A DNA stretch of 64,000 nucleotides from Lama glama (Eukaryota): positions 60,388,001 to 60,452,000 of the forward strand of contig CM052828.1 in assembly GCA_028534125.1 (NCBI GenBank), written 5' to 3'. The notes below the pieces were generated by a model. It ran no database searches. It was not told the origin of the DNA and was given only the letters and a program-made list of their open reading frames with translations. Made by a program: the position numbers and the translations under genes. Below are positions 62,325 to 64,000 of this stretch, piece after piece. Position 1 is the first letter of the stretch; every line of letters begins with the position of its first letter.

Positions 62325-62386
62325 CTCTGTACACCTGAAACTAACACAGCATTGTAAGTCCACGACACTGCAAAGACAAAAGTAAA
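62325..62386 (+). mobile_element. Extreme 3' tip of LINE-1
   Basis: ctgtacacctgaaactaacacagcattgtaagtc followed by an A-rich tail. Confidence 0.75.
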
Positions 62387-63856
62387 ACGTCTCCTCCCGG
62401 TCGGCTCTGGGCCACCAGCCCCTCCCTGGGGGCAGCCGTGTTTTCACTAAGCCGTCAAAAAATGACAGACAGCAGCTTACTTCAGTAGAAGTCCCATGGT
62501 GCCCGAACACTGTCGTTCTTGTTACAGATCAACCCACCAGTGCACATGGAGTCTATTGAAAGGCAGCAGGCACGCGCCAGGCTCAGCCCCGAACAGCAGC
62601 CGGGCTCGCCCTCAGCAGCCCCCAGTCTCCGGGACTCATGGGGAACCTCGTCCCGCTTGCTCTGCCCGCTGGTCTCCAGGGCGGCCTGCTACCTCCCAAG
62701 GGCGGTTCCGCTGCCCAGTGCGATGGAGGCGCATCGGAGGACACGCTCGGAGTTCCTCACGTTCCCCGGCTCTGCCCGCGCACCGTGGCGTGGATGGAAC
62801 ACGCTGCCCATGGACAGTGCCCACCCCATCGTGTGGATCTGCATCGTCTTTGCTAGAAATAATCAGAGCTCTGTACTGCTCGGAGAACCGTGGCTAAGGA
62901 AGGTGGCCAGCCCCGCCAGGCCCTCCGGCGAGGAGGACGGGCCAGGCACCGCTGGGAAGCCTAGAGCTGCGGCCCCCACAAAACGACCTTTTTCCCGTTT
63001 AAGACAAGAGTTTTCCGTCCTCTCCTTTTCTTTCGAATGTTCCCTCCTGGACAGTGTCACCGTCCTCCCCCCGGGGGCCACGAACCTCGCCATCCAGGCT
63101 CACTTCCGACAAGGTCTCACCTTTTTTTAATGGTCAGATGTGAGGGAAAATGGGATCAAACTGCTGGGACTTCAAAAGGCAGGGCGGAGAGAAGGCGGCC
63201 ACACGAATGAGCCGGATCCCAGGACGACTCCGTTCACGCCCGGATCCAACAAGGACCGGACACGCCGCCAGCCTTCCGTCCCGTCCTCTCTGGGTTTAGT
63301 GTCAGGAAGGGCGGGCAGTTTTCAGAACAGTCTGTGTGTCTCAGCTTCTCTGTGCGGGGAGACAAAACAAGGGGGATGGAAATGATCTAATTACAGCGAA
63401 CGCAGGGCTGTCTGCCCGCAACCGCCTCCCCGTGTCCGGCCGGGCTGGCGTTCAGCTCTTCCCCTCCCGCAGTCCGCACCTTCCAGGGACCGCCTGGCCC
63501 AGTGCTGGTGCTGATTTCTGCCCTTGTCCCGATCCTTCCCCCACACCTCACCAAGGGGCCCCCGCGGGGCCTGCCCACGCTGGCTTCGTGCCCACCCCTG
63601 GTGAAGCTGCTCGGGGCGTGAACGCCGCCATGCCGCCGCCCCACCTACCCCTCCCCATCCGTCCAGGAGGCCGCAGGGCCCCGGGCATCTCAGCATTTCC
63701 AGATGAGAAAATCTGGAGAAACCTCGTAGTAGCAAAAATGAAATTGCTGTCATTGTAAGTTCTTTTTTCAAAATAATCTAAAAACTGTGGCCTCCTGGAA
63801 GCAGTCCTCTGGGAACCGGAAACAAACCCTCTGGGAGGCAGGAGACCTGTGTCAGC

Positions 63857-64000
63857 TGTCATGGGCGGCTGAACTGTGTCCCCGTGAAGATGCTGAAGTC
63901 CTGACCCCAGGACTTGTGAAGGTGTCCCTGTCTGAAATAGCGTCACAGCCCACGGTTGGTTAAGGAAGGGCATCCGGTCATCCATCATGATGAGGCGTCC
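63857..64000 (+). mobile_element. MLT1B/C-type LTR 5' part (runs off the window)
   Basis: tgtcatggg...gctgaactgtgtcccc...tgctgaagtcctgacccc...gtgaaggtgtccctgtctgaaatag. Confidence 0.7.

Overview
This is mammalian genomic DNA: GC-rich, fairly CpG-rich, with one assembly gap at 25699-25854. It is probably cetartiodactyl. The young LINE-1 3' ends are of the cetartiodactyl type and I see no Alu, Bov-tA, PRE-1, CHR or Can-SINE copies, which would fit a camelid (inference). I recognise no protein-coding gene. The long ORFs are Pro/Arg/Gly/Ala-rich artefacts of high GC content, and the only ORFs with recognisable homology are transposon relics (L1 ORF2 endonuclease, L1 ORF2 C-terminus, Tigger-type transposase N-terminus). 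There are no tRNA, rRNA, CRISPR or prokaryotic systems. The window looks like a large intron or gene desert. It carries many TE fossils (L1, MIR, L2, MLT1/MLT2/MER21 LTRs, MER20, MER53, MER82, MER96B) and about a dozen sharply AT-rich, apparently non-repetitive islands packed with homeodomain, PBX-HOX, TCF, FOX, SOX and POU motifs. The best candidate for a hidden system is this island array, which resembles a long-range enhancer array for a developmental transcription-factor gene outside the window, standing out against DNA reshaped by GC-biased gene conversion. Other notable items are a twin-primed (inverted) L1 insertion, L1 insertions with readable target-site duplications, a nested LTR, a 3x17-bp GATA/homeodomain repeat and a tandem CACGTG cluster. 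Repeat family names come from recalled consensus sequences, not a database search, and boundaries are approximate.
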